Position numbers and translations under genes: made by a program. The notes beneath the pieces were generated by a model that saw only the letters and a program-made list of their open reading frames with translations, was not told where the DNA came from and did no database searches. From contig JAKAKE010000084.1 in assembly GCA_021824625.1 (NCBI GenBank), positions 1 through 59,967 of the forward strand: a stretch of 59,967 bases of DNA, written 5' to 3'. The DNA is from Bacteroidota bacterium. Lineage in GTDB: Bacteria > Bacteroidota > Ignavibacteria > Kapaibacteriales > UBA2268. Positions 26,612 through 36,087 of this stretch are shown here, one piece after another (position 1 is the first letter of the stretch; the number at the start of each line of letters is the position of its first letter).

Positions 26612-29137
26612 ATGGCTAAAACAGTACAGTCGAAGAAGGTAATTCAGGAAAAACAGAAACCCCCGATAATACCTGAAAAATACCAGGATATATTCTATAT
26701 TGTCCTGTTAATTTTATTGATATTCGGATTTTTCTCACCGGCTATTTTTGGCGGCGGTTTCAATGCAATGGATAATGCCGCATCCGAAAGTTTCAAGACA
26801 TATCTTGACCAGGCAAATAAAGAAGGAAAATTCCCATTGTGGATTCCATACATTTTCAGCGGTATGCCGAGTTATGCTTCGCTTCTGACAACAGGAGCAA
26901 GAAACTGGGATATAATCTCGATGATATTTATAGGCGCAACGAAATTTGTTGGAGTTTTGTTCAGCAGCGACGTAGCACGTGTCAGTTGTTTCTATGTTAT
27001 GTATGCTCTTGGAATGTACTGGCTGATGAGATTTAAAAAGCACACAAGATTTGTCGGCTTCTTTACTGCATTTGCGGCTGTGTTTTCGACTTATGTAATC
27101 ACGTGGATAATGATTGGGCATAATACAAAGCCGATTGTTTTCGCTATGTTTCCGTTTATTATTTTATTTCTTGAAAAACTGAAAGAAAGATTCTCTCTTG
27201 TATATGCTGTTCTGCTTGTTTTTGCAGTTCATATAATGATGCTGGGAAGTCACCTCCAGATGATATTTTACGGATTCTGTGCATTTGGCTTGTACATTTT
27301 ATTTGAATTGATTCATTCATTAATCACCAAAAAGCAAGTACTCGGAATAATCAGGTCAGCCGTTATATTGGCTTTTGCGGGTGGGTTGGCTTTTGTACTT
27401 TCTGCAGACAGATATTTAAGTACGATGGAGTACACTCCTTATTCAACACGCGGTTCTGCACCAATTATCAAGACCGAGAAACAACATCAGGATGCCTCAG
27501 GAGGTAACGATTACGACTATGCTACAATGTGGTCATTCAGCCCGCAGGAGACAATGACTTTCTTCGTTCCAAATTATTATGGATTCGGAAGAATAGAATA
27601 TAAGGGTGAACTATCTCAAAACCAACCTGTACAGGTTTCGACATACTGGGGACAAAAGGAGTCGGAAGATTCACCTCCTTATATGGGAATTCTGGTTTTA
27701 GGACTTGGAATAATCGGTTTTATCATGTTCAGGAAAGACCCGTTCATTCAATTTTTACTTGTACTTTCAATATTCTCATTATTGCTTTCATTCGGTAAGA
27801 ATCTGCCGGTTTTGTATGACCTTTTCTTCAATATAGTTCCGGGTTTTAACAAGTTCAGGGCGCCAAGCATGGCTCTGGCACTGATGCACTTTGCAATGCC
27901 AATACTTGCAGGCTACGGATTAACAGCAATACTCAACTGGAGGAAAAAGTTAGGAGACTCTGATAAAAAAATTCTTAATTTGGGAATAATTGCCGCAGGT
28001 TCTTTTCTTGTCATTGGTTTTATCTTTTCTGCTATGTTCAAAACATCATATATGGATGCTTTCACAGAAAGTGCTGTCGGACAGAAATTCCCTGCTGAGA
28101 TTCACGACTTTATCTGGTCAAATATGATTAATGATTGGTATATTACAGCCCTCATAGCTATTCTTATGGGTGTTTCAGCCTATCTTTTTGTCCGCAGAAA
28201 AATCGGCACCGGTATATTTTATACTGCCGTAGCTGTTCTTCTTGTATTCGATATGTGGCGGGTTGATTACAGGCCCATGGAAGTTGCCGACAAGCCGATT
28301 CAGAAAGAAATATTCAAACGCACGGATGTTATAGATTTTCTTAAGAATGATAAATCATTATACCGAATCGCAGATTTTGTTTCACAGCCTGCAAATGTTC
28401 CTGCATATTTCATGCTCGAAAATGTGAATGGTTATCATGCCGCAAAGATGAGGATATACCAGGACCTGATGGATGTTGCAAATCTTGACCAGGCTGCCGG
28501 TTCAACTTCAGTTGTATATAATCCATTTCTTTGGAATCTAATGAATGTGAAATACATAATTGCAGGCGGGAAAATGGCTGAAGGCATGGAACCAGTGTTT
28601 CAGTCTCAACAAACGAAATCCTTGGTATTCCTGAATCCCGGTTTTTTGCCGAGAACATTTTTCGTCAAGTCAACACTGGTTGCTAAACAAATGGATATTT
28701 TGAAGCATCTGAAGGATGGAGATTTTAATCCCATTCAAATTGCATACATTGAAAAAGCCTTGCCTGTTCAGCTTACAGAGCCTGATTCAACCTCCTATTC
28801 AAAGGTGCTGACACATGAGAACGAGTATATTAAAATCGAAGCACAGGCAAGCGGGAATAATCTTCTTTTTATAAGTGAAATTTATTATCCGGTAAGTTGG
28901 AAGGCTTATATTGATGGGAAAGAAACAGATATTTACAAGACAAATTTTGCCTTCAGGTCAGTAGTTGTACCCAAAGGAAAGCATATAATTGAAATGAAAT
29001 TTGAATCTAAGAAATTCGAGACAGGAAAAACCCTGAGTATGATAACCGGTATAATCTTAAATCTGCTTGTGATTGTTGCTGTATTAATTGAAATAAGAAG
29101 AAGGAAGACGACGAAAGAATTGACAAATGAACAATAG
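26612..29137 (+). CDS. Large polytopic membrane protein, YfhO-like (putative glycosyltransferase-fold membrane protein)
   Basis: About 840 aa. It has N-terminal and central clusters of TM helices, a large extracytoplasmic C-terminal region and a final TM helix, an architecture I associate with YfhO-family proteins. I prefer the ATG at 26612 over the TTG at 26606. Confidence 0.5.
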   Translation: MAKTVQSKKVIQEKQKPPIIPEKYQDIFYIVLLILLIFGFFSPAIFGGGFNAMDNAASESFKTYLDQANKEGKFPLWIPYIFSGMPSYASLLTTGARNWDIISMIFIGATKFVGVLFSSDVARVSCFYVMYALGMYWLMRFKKHTRFVGFFTAFAAVFSTYVITWIMIGHNTKPIVFAMFPFIILFLEKLKERFSLVYAVLLVFAVHIMMLGSHLQMIFYGFCAFGLYILFELIHSLITKKQVLGIIRSAVILAFAGGLAFVLSADRYLSTMEYTPYSTRGSAPIIKTEKQHQDASGGNDYDYATMWSFSPQETMTFFVPNYYGFGRIEYKGELSQNQPVQVSTYWGQKESEDSPPYMGILVLGLGIIGFIMFRKDPFIQFLLVLSIFSLLLSFGKNLPVLYDLFFNIVPGFNKFRAPSMALALMHFAMPILAGYGLTAILNWRKKLGDSDKKILNLGIIAAGSFLVIGFIFSAMFKTSYMDAFTESAVGQKFPAEIHDFIWSNMINDWYITALIAILMGVSAYLFVRRKIGTGIFYTAVAVLLVFDMWRVDYRPMEVADKPIQKEIFKRTDVIDFLKNDKSLYRIADFVSQPANVPAYFMLENVNGYHAAKMRIYQDLMDVANLDQAAGSTSVVYNPFLWNLMNVKYIIAGGKMAEGMEPVFQSQQTKSLVFLNPGFLPRTFFVKSTLVAKQMDILKHLKDGDFNPIQIAYIEKALPVQLTEPDSTSYSKVLTHENEYIKIEAQASGNNLLFISEIYYPVSWKAYIDGKETDIYKTNFAFRSVVVPKGKHIIEMKFESKKFETGKTLSMITGIILNLLVIVAVLIEIRRRKTTKELTNEQ

Positions 29138-29186
29138 GAAATAGAAGATAGAAGATAGAAAATTGGAAATGGAAGGATGAATGAAT

Positions 29187-29256
29187 GTCATTCTGAAATT
29201 GGTTCAGAATCCACTCGTGATAATACATATGGATACTGAAATAAATTCAGCATGAC
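29187..29256. repeat. MITE-like double-hairpin element, short copy (70 bp)
   Basis: GTCATTCTGAAATTGGTTCAGAATC...ATGGATACTGAAATAAATTCAGCATGAC. The termini are inverted (GTCATTCTGAA against TTCAGCATGAC). The 5' 25 nt and 3' 28 nt are shared with 46458-46567. Confidence 0.75.
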
Positions 29257-29287
29257 AATAATTTACGACAAGAATTTTAAATTATAA

Positions 29288-29890
29288 ATGACAGATAAAG
29301 AATTAATAAACTGGTGTAAAGAAGAAACAAAGGAAAAGAAATATATAAAATTTCCGGAGGAATTGTTTATTTCTTTAACTTTACCCCAGGCAAAACTCAT
29401 AGCAAAGAAGTTTGGCTCAAACACATTGATTATGCTTCCTGAAAAAGAAATAAATTTTTTCAATTGGCTTAAGGAAGAGGACCCGGAAGTATGGAATGAC
29501 CTTTGGAGCGAAAATACAATTGACGAGCCTTATACTATTGCTATCGGATTTTTACCAATGCTTTTAGAACAAAAGAGGGGATTTCCTATTTGCGATTTAT
29601 TGAAATGCGACAATTATTATTTTGCAAAAATGCACATTATTACACCTGAATCTGAAATGATGCTCGATTCTGTTAAAGAAAGATTCATGGCACATCAACC
29701 TCTTACAATAGGTCAATTGCTTTTGCTTGAGATATCCGTTTCACCTATAGATATCTGGAGATTTGCATTCAATCATAAATTAAAACTCGAAGATTCAAAG
29801 AATGCCGTTAAAGGCTTGGTTGAAGATAAAGTTTTAATACATTTGAACACCTCGGAGCAGCTTGCCGCTTTTGTTGAATTGTCGGAATGA
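29288..29890 (+). CDS. Hypothetical protein (no family recognised)
   Basis: 200-aa ORF with coding-like composition. Its stop overlaps the aspartokinase start (ATGA, 29887-29890). Confidence 0.5.
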   Translation: MTDKELINWCKEETKEKKYIKFPEELFISLTLPQAKLIAKKFGSNTLIMLPEKEINFFNWLKEEDPEVWNDLWSENTIDEPYTIAIGFLPMLLEQKRGFPICDLLKCDNYYFAKMHIITPESEMMLDSVKERFMAHQPLTIGQLLLLEISVSPIDIWRFAFNHKLKLEDSKNAVKGLVEDKVLIHLNTSEQLAAFVELSE

Positions 29891-31356
29891 CACACAATAT
29901 GAAATCAAAATCCACAAATATTATATTAATGAAATTCGGGGGTACGTCTGTAAAGAATGCTTCCGCAATGAAAAATGTAATTGATATTGTCAAAGCAAGG
30001 CAAAATCAGAATCCGGTTGTTGTGCTTTCGGCATGTTCAGGTATAACAGACAGGCTCTTTAAGTTAATTCAGAATGCAGGGAAAAAGTCTCCCATTAATT
30101 TAATGAAAGAAATTACTACTATTGAAAATTATCATCTCGACATTATTGATGAACTTATAAATAAAAAAGAGATTAAGAAAAACTGTAGTGATAATATAAG
30201 AAATCTTATTCAACAGCTTACACTATTAGTTGAAGGTGTGTCTCTGCTTAGAGAGTGTACGCCCCGTTCATTAGATGCATCAGTATCATTCGGTGAACTG
30301 ATGTCCACAATAATTTTTGAAGCCGCATGCAGGGACAGAAAATTAAATTCAGTATTCTTTGATGTTCGGCATATATTGAAAACCGACTCAAATTTCACTC
30401 AAGCAAATGTTAATTTTCAAGAAACAAAAAAATCATCCAACGAACATATTTTACCATTATCCTCTATTGGCAAAATTGTTATTACTCAGGGATTCATCGG
30501 CTGCGATGAAAATGGAGTTACAACCACTATCGGAAGAGGAGGTTCCGATTACACTGCCGCAGTACTTGGCTCTGTATTGAATGCAAAAGAAATTCAGATT
30601 TGGACTGATGTTAATGGAGTGTTATCTGCTGACCCGCGAATTGACCATAGAGCAGTTACGATTCCGGAAATGAGCTTTGATGAAATCAGTGAATTATCAT
30701 ATTATGGTGCGAAGGTGCTTCACCCGGATACTATTAAACCTGCAATTCAAGCTAAAATACCAGTCAGGGTTCTGAATACATTTCATCCTGAAAACAAAGG
30801 AACTTTAATCACAGAAATAACTAAAGAGAAAACAGCAAAAATCAGGTCTGTTCATCTGAAAAGGAATTGTATAAATTTAATTATTAATATACCTCATAGT
30901 GATTCAACTGAATTAAAAATCATTTATACGTTATCTCAACTATTCAAATCCGGGATAAAAATAGTATCTACCAGTTTCATTGATAACAGAGTTTTAATTA
31001 CGATTGACAATTCTGATGAATCAACTATTAATTCAATAAAAAACATATTATATGGATTGGATTATAAGATTGAGAATGTCTGTTTACTTTGTATATGTGG
31101 TGTGAATCTTCTTAAAGATTCGGAAATTTTGCAAAAAGCAACAAATTCGCTCAATAGATTTGAACAGAAATCTATATTATACGGATTTTCATCAACTTCA
31201 ATGATTATTTCAGTACCTGAAGAAAACGCTGCAGGAGCTATGAATTCGATACACAATTTGATATTGCTTAATATTAATGATGATATGCTTCCTGAATATG
31301 ATTTTTCCGGAGGTGTTAGAGGAAAATATGCAAAGAGATTGACAAACAATAAATAA
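29887..31356 (+). CDS. lysC: Aspartate kinase
   Basis: 'LMKFGGTSVKNA' and 'IGRGGSDYTAAVLG' aspartokinase signatures, with an ACT-like C-terminal region. The true start may be the ATG at 29899. It has an unusual C-terminal tail of about 24 aa, 'DMLPEYDFSGGVRGKYAKRLTNNK'. Confidence 0.85.
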   Translation: MTHNMKSKSTNIILMKFGGTSVKNASAMKNVIDIVKARQNQNPVVVLSACSGITDRLFKLIQNAGKKSPINLMKEITTIENYHLDIIDELINKKEIKKNCSDNIRNLIQQLTLLVEGVSLLRECTPRSLDASVSFGELMSTIIFEAACRDRKLNSVFFDVRHILKTDSNFTQANVNFQETKKSSNEHILPLSSIGKIVITQGFIGCDENGVTTTIGRGGSDYTAAVLGSVLNAKEIQIWTDVNGVLSADPRIDHRAVTIPEMSFDEISELSYYGAKVLHPDTIKPAIQAKIPVRVLNTFHPENKGTLITEITKEKTAKIRSVHLKRNCINLIINIPHSDSTELKIIYTLSQLFKSGIKIVSTSFIDNRVLITIDNSDESTINSIKNILYGLDYKIENVCLLCICGVNLLKDSEILQKATNSLNRFEQKSILYGFSSTSMIISVPEENAAGAMNSIHNLILLNINDDMLPEYDFSGGVRGKYAKRLTNNK

Positions 31357-31367
31357 TCAAATTTATT

Positions 31368-31589
31368 ATGGATAAAATTGCATATAAATACGAAATAATA
31401 CTTTATTGGAGCAAAGAGGATAATTGCTTTGTAGCAGAAGTCCCGGAATTGCCGGGTTGTGTCAGCCACGGAGCAACTGAAGTTGAAGCAATCGAAAACA
31501 TCAGAATTGCTCAAAAGCTGTGGCTCGACACTGCTGCCGAATATGGAGACCCTGTTCCCGAACCAAAAGGAAGATTGATTTTTGCATGA
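31368..31589 (+). CDS. hicB: HicB-like antitoxin family protein (UPF0150), no HicA partner seen
   Basis: 'YEIILYWSKEDNCFVAEVPELPGCVSHGATEVEAIENIRIAQKLWL' is the typical HicB N-terminal fold sequence. No small HicA-like ORF lies on either side. Confidence 0.7.
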   Translation: MDKIAYKYEIILYWSKEDNCFVAEVPELPGCVSHGATEVEAIENIRIAQKLWLDTAAEYGDPVPEPKGRLIFA

Positions 31590-31760
31590 TAATTTAAGAA
31601 TAATTTGTAAAATGTTTTACTAAAGATAACAGACATCTAAATTCTTCATTTTTATTTTAGGTCATCAGCAACAAATTTTTATCTGAAACGTATTATTAAT
31701 ATTTTTTAATTAAAAGATTCTAACATTATTTATACATTTCATTAAAATTTAGGTGAATTT

Positions 31761-34700
31761 ATGAAAAGAGCAACAACACTTGCTTTCTTATTTTCCTTTT
31801 TATTTGCATATACTTTATCAGCAGGTGAAGGAAGAATTTTAAGGTTTCCACACGTTTCGGAAACACAAATCACATTTGCCCACGGTGGCGATATATATGT
31901 TGTTTCAAAATCCGGTGGATTAGCAAGAAAAATAACTAACTCCGAAGGATTGGAGTTGTTCCCAAGGTTTTCTCCCGATGGAACACAGATTGCTTTTATC
32001 GGAGAATACGATGGGAACCGTGAAATTTATGTTGTCCCAAACACAGGCGGCGAACCCAAGAGAATTACTTACAGTATGGACATACCCGGTGTTGCCGACA
32101 GAATGGGACCCGATAAAATTATTATGCAATGGACTAATGATGGAAAGAAAATCCTATACCGTTCACGCCACGAGATGTGGAACTCGATGTGCGGAAAACT
32201 GTATTATGCTAATCTGAACGGTGGACTTCCTGAAGAAGTTCCGTTACCCAGAGCAGGATTCGCATCATTATCACCCGACGGAAACAAATTAGCTTACAAC
32301 AGGGTGTTCCGCGAGTTCCGACCCTGGAAACGTTACCGCGGCGGTCAGGCGGATGACATCTGGATTTATGATTTCAAGACAAAAAAACTTGAGAATATTA
32401 GCAACAATCCTGCACAAGACATTATCCCGATGTGGTACAAAGACAAAATCTATTATCTATCCGATAGAGACCACAGATTAAATCTCTTCGTTTATGATTT
32501 GAATACAAGGCAGACAAAAAAGCTCACAAATTTTGATAAATATGACTGCAAATTCCCATCACTTGGTGCAGGCCAGATAGTATTTGAAAATGGCGGTTAT
32601 ATATACCTGATGGACCTTGCTGCCGAACAGGCAAATAAGATTGATATTGAAATTGATGAGGATAATCTGGAAGCAAGGACAAAATTTGTTGATGTTAATA
32701 ACAGGATAACAAACTTTGAGATTGCTCCCGATGGCAACAGAGCACTGTTTGGTGCAAGAGGCGATGTGTTTACTGTTCCTGCGGAATATGGAAATATAAG
32801 AAACCTCACAAAGACATCAGGTGTTCATGAAAGAGGTTCCAAATGGTCACCGGATGGTAAATGGATTGCCTTCCTGAGCGACAAAACAGGTGAGTTTGAA
32901 ATTTATCTAATCAAGCCGGACGGCTCTGAAATGACCCAGCTTACTAATGACAGCAAATCATACAGGTACGACTTGAAATGGTCGCCTGACAGCAAGAAAA
33001 TTCTATCATCAGACAAATCAATGAGAATGTATTATATAGATATTGACACAAAGAAAGTAACGGACGTTACCAAATCGGATTACTGGGAAATTACTGATTT
33101 CTCATGGTCGCCCGACAGCAAATGGATTGCTTATTCTGATGCATTCAGTAAAAATAATTTTGCCGTGCTCTATATTTATTCATTAGCAAATGGTAAATCC
33201 CATCAGATAACGGATGAGTTCTACAATAGCGGAGAGCCGGTTTTTTCACCTGAAGGCAAATATTTGTTTTTCACTTCAAACAGAGATTTCAAGCCAACAC
33301 TCGGCAACTTTGAGTTAAGCTATACTTATAACTATATGACCGAGATTTTTGGTATTACTTTACAGGATACTTTGCAATCGCCTTTTAAATTTGAAAGTGA
33401 TGAAGTGAAGGTTAAGGAAGAAGCCAAAACAGATGGGGATAAGGATTCAGAGAAGAAATCTAAATCTAAGAAGTCTGATGCAAAAGACGAAACGAAAGAT
33501 ATAAAAATTGACCTCGAAGGATTGAAAAACCGCATTTTCCAAATTCCATTACCCGGAGCGAATTACTTGCATCTTACAGCAGTAAATGACAAGCTATTTT
33601 TCATTCAGGATGTCGAGGGGAAAGAGTCTGTGCTGAAAAGCTACGATTTGAAAGAAAAAGATGAAAATGAAGTCGGTAATTTTTCCGACTACGAAATATC
33701 GAATGACGGAAAGAAAATTCTTTTTGAATCACAAGGTGGATACTATCTCACAAGCCTAAAAGAAAAAGTCAAGCCTGACCCCAAAAATAAACTGAATTTA
33801 AGCGATATGAAAGTAGAGCTTAACAGAAAAGAAGAATGGACACAGATCTACAACGAGGTATGGCGCCAGATGCGTGATTTTTTCTACGACCCGAATATGC
33901 ACGGAGTTGACTGGAAAGCCATGCATGACTTATATGCCGAAGAATTGCCTTATGTAACTCACAGAACCGATTTGAATTTTTTACTCAGTGAGTTGACAAG
34001 CGAACTGAATGCAGGACATGCTTATGTCGGCGGCGGTGAGATGTCAATGACCGACAGAGTTCCGATTGGCCTGCTCGGTGCTGAAATTGAATTTGACAGT
34101 AAGGCCGGGATGTATAAATTCAAGAAAATATATGAAGGCAGGAATTGGGATGAAGAAACCCGTTCACCGCTCAAAGACCCGGGGATTGAAGTGAAAAATG
34201 GGGATTTTCTCATATCCATAGATGGTATCAGGCTTGATGAAGGGATGAACCCATACAGGTATCTGCTTAACAAAGCAAATAAATATATCTCAATTAAAAC
34301 TAATTCCAAGCCATCTGACGAAGGAGCAAAGGAATATCATATTAAAACCATATCAAGCGAAAAGGGACTTGTTTACTATAATTGGGTTGAAGAAAACAGA
34401 AGAAAAGTTGATTCGCTCACAAACGGCAGAGTTGGATATTTACAAATTCCGGATATGAGTCTTCAGGGTTTAAATGAATTTGTTAAATATTTCTATCCAC
34501 AGGTTAAAAAAGAAGGATTAATCGTTGACGACCGCTACAATGGAGGAGGTTTTGTCTCTTCAATGATAATCGAAAGACTTCGCAGAATAATGACAATGGC
34601 CGGTATAGCAAGGAATCAGAAATTTGCCGATACTTATCCTGATGGTGTATTCAATGGTCCAATGGTTTGCCTGCTGAATGAAATCTCGGCATCTGATGGC

Positions 34701-35036
34701 GATTTGTTCCCTTACCAATTCAAGAAAGCAGGATTAGGAACATTGATTGGCAAAAGAAGCTGGGGCGGAGTTGTTGGTATCAGAGGTAGTTTGCCCTTAC
34801 TCGATGGGGGATATCTCTACAAACCTGAATTTTCGCATTTCAGCACCGAAGGCGAGTGGATACTCGAAGGAGTAGGCATGACTCCTGATATTGATATTGA
34901 CAATGACCCGGGACTCGAGTATCAGGGAATTGACACACAGTTGAACAAAGCTGTTGAATTGGTGTTGGAAGAAATTAAGAGTGGTAAATATCCTAAGATT
35001 CCGGCACCTCCGAAGTTCCCGGATAAGAGTAAGTAG
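31761..35036 (+). CDS. Tricorn-protease-like S41 family peptidase (beta-propellers, PDZ and S41 catalytic domain)
   Basis: 1091 aa with a signal peptide. Repeated TolB/WD40-like 'SPDG.KIAF' units (FSPDGTQIAF, LSPDGNKLAY, WSPDGKWIAF, WSPDSKKI, WSPDSKWIAY, FSPEGKYLFF). C-terminal 'NEISASDGDLFPYQFK...GKRSWGGVVG' is an S41-type active-site region. Confidence 0.8.
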   Translation: MKRATTLAFLFSFLFAYTLSAGEGRILRFPHVSETQITFAHGGDIYVVSKSGGLARKITNSEGLELFPRFSPDGTQIAFIGEYDGNREIYVVPNTGGEPKRITYSMDIPGVADRMGPDKIIMQWTNDGKKILYRSRHEMWNSMCGKLYYANLNGGLPEEVPLPRAGFASLSPDGNKLAYNRVFREFRPWKRYRGGQADDIWIYDFKTKKLENISNNPAQDIIPMWYKDKIYYLSDRDHRLNLFVYDLNTRQTKKLTNFDKYDCKFPSLGAGQIVFENGGYIYLMDLAAEQANKIDIEIDEDNLEARTKFVDVNNRITNFEIAPDGNRALFGARGDVFTVPAEYGNIRNLTKTSGVHERGSKWSPDGKWIAFLSDKTGEFEIYLIKPDGSEMTQLTNDSKSYRYDLKWSPDSKKILSSDKSMRMYYIDIDTKKVTDVTKSDYWEITDFSWSPDSKWIAYSDAFSKNNFAVLYIYSLANGKSHQITDEFYNSGEPVFSPEGKYLFFTSNRDFKPTLGNFELSYTYNYMTEIFGITLQDTLQSPFKFESDEVKVKEEAKTDGDKDSEKKSKSKKSDAKDETKDIKIDLEGLKNRIFQIPLPGANYLHLTAVNDKLFFIQDVEGKESVLKSYDLKEKDENEVGNFSDYEISNDGKKILFESQGGYYLTSLKEKVKPDPKNKLNLSDMKVELNRKEEWTQIYNEVWRQMRDFFYDPNMHGVDWKAMHDLYAEELPYVTHRTDLNFLLSELTSELNAGHAYVGGGEMSMTDRVPIGLLGAEIEFDSKAGMYKFKKIYEGRNWDEETRSPLKDPGIEVKNGDFLISIDGIRLDEGMNPYRYLLNKANKYISIKTNSKPSDEGAKEYHIKTISSEKGLVYYNWVEENRRKVDSLTNGRVGYLQIPDMSLQGLNEFVKYFYPQVKKEGLIVDDRYNGGGFVSSMIIERLRRIMTMAGIARNQKFADTYPDGVFNGPMVCLLNEISASDGDLFPYQFKKAGLGTLIGKRSWGGVVGIRGSLPLLDGGYLYKPEFSHFSTEGEWILEGVGMTPDIDIDNDPGLEYQGIDTQLNKAVELVLEEIKSGKYPKIPAPPKFPDKSK

Positions 35037-35088
35037 TCTGAACTATGATTTAACGGATTACACGGATTGCACTGATTATAAAGTAAAT

Positions 35089-35119
35089 TCCCTTGTTGAT
35101 AAGACAAGGGATTTTTTTT
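35089..35119 (+). terminator. Intrinsic terminator after the tricorn-like protease gene
   Basis: TCCCTTGT-tgataag-ACAAGGGA hairpin followed by T8. Confidence 0.75.
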
Positions 35120-35233
35120 ATAAGACATTTAGAAAAATCATGATAATTCGTTGCTTATTAATATTAATGTTTAAACTTGTTTTGTAATTTTGTTTTTTAT
35201 AATTTGATTAAATGAAAAGAATCAAGATAAACT

Positions 35234-35630
35234 ATGATGACTAAACAAGAACATATACAATATTGGATTAATTCTTCCGAGGAAGATTGGAAATCAGTAT
35301 TATCACTATTTCAAAGCGGAAGAAATGTTCATTGTTTATTCTTTGCACATTTAACTTTAGAAAAATTATGCAAAGCTATATGGGTAAAAAAACAATGAAG
35401 ATAATTTCCCTCCCAAAACTCATAATTTGGGAAAAATATTAAATGAAACTAATCAGAATTTCAATGAAGATGATTTAGCATTTTTGGTTGAATTCAACGA
35501 CTTTCAATTAGAAGGGAGATATCCCGATTATTTGTTTGAGATAAATAAAAGATGTAATAATGAAAACACAACATCAATTTTAAATAGAGTAAAATCAATA
35601 AGACTATGCTTACAAGAGAAATTGCAATAG
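35234..35630 (+). pseudogene. HEPN domain protein gene interrupted by a frameshift in an A7 run (35386-35392)
   Basis: Frame 1 encodes 'MMTKQEHIQYWINSSEEDWKSVLSLFQSGRNVHCLFFAHLTLEKLCKAIWVKKQ*'. The +1 frame continues 'KNNEDNFPPKTHNLGKILNE...LEGRYPDY...'. Removing one A restores a continuous HEPN protein. Its 'PPKTHNL' and 'EGRYP' line up with 'PPYTHNL' and 'EARYP' of the intact paralogue at 51475-51873. Confidence 0.75.
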
Positions 35631-35938
35631 AAACAGCCAAAACATTTGTTAATGAGTTACTATCTAATGGAATAAAATTAGATAAGGCTCTGTTATTCGG
35701 TTCTTATGCTAAAAATTATCAGAATGAGTCATCAGATATTGATGTTGCATTAGTATCTGAGATGTTTACAGGTTTTGGTTTTGAAGATAGAAAATATTTT
35801 TCAAGAATTAATATTAAGAAGGAATTTATTGATATCGAAACAAAAACTTATGCGACAAAGTATTTTGAAAGCAGTGACCCTTTTATCGAAGAAATTAAAA
35901 AAACAGGAATAGAAATTTATAATAGAACAGAAATTTAG
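35606..35938 (+). CDS. Nucleotidyltransferase domain protein (MNT-type partner of HEPN)
   Basis: 'LLFGSYAKNYQNESSDIDVALV' is the GS-x9-10-DxD minimal nucleotidyltransferase motif. It overlaps the HEPN 3' end by 25 nt. Confidence 0.8.
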   Translation: MLTREIAIETAKTFVNELLSNGIKLDKALLFGSYAKNYQNESSDIDVALVSEMFTGFGFEDRKYFSRINIKKEFIDIETKTYATKYFESSDPFIEEIKKTGIEIYNRTEI

Positions 35939-35994
35939 CTGATTCTTGATTATTTCATTTACATTAATTATTATCTAAGAACAAAATTATAAGG

Positions 35995-36047
35995 CCACCC
36001 TTAAATACCTTCCCTAATTATGGAGGGGAATAAAAGGGGTGGTTTTT
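35995..36047 (+). terminator. Putative terminator after the HEPN/MNT pair
   Basis: Imperfect long hairpin CCACCCTT...AAGGGGTGG with an inner CCTTCCC/GGAGGGG segment, followed by TTTTT. Confidence 0.45.
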
Positions 36048-36087
36048 ATAATTTATAAAAAACCCTTATTTTTGTATTGTTATTATT

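Noticed and set aside
31062-31514. 150-aa minus-strand ORF spanning the lysC 3' end and the hicB 5' end.
   Set aside because: It is antisense to two supported genes and has no recognisable domain.
35386-35398. Programmed ribosomal frameshifting at the A7 run of the HEPN gene.
   Set aside because: The required shift is +1, whereas A-AAA-AAA-type sites are known for -1 slippage. No downstream stimulatory structure is evident. A sequencing error or a genuine mutation is more parsimonious. Transcriptional slippage remains a minor possibility and is noted in the finding.
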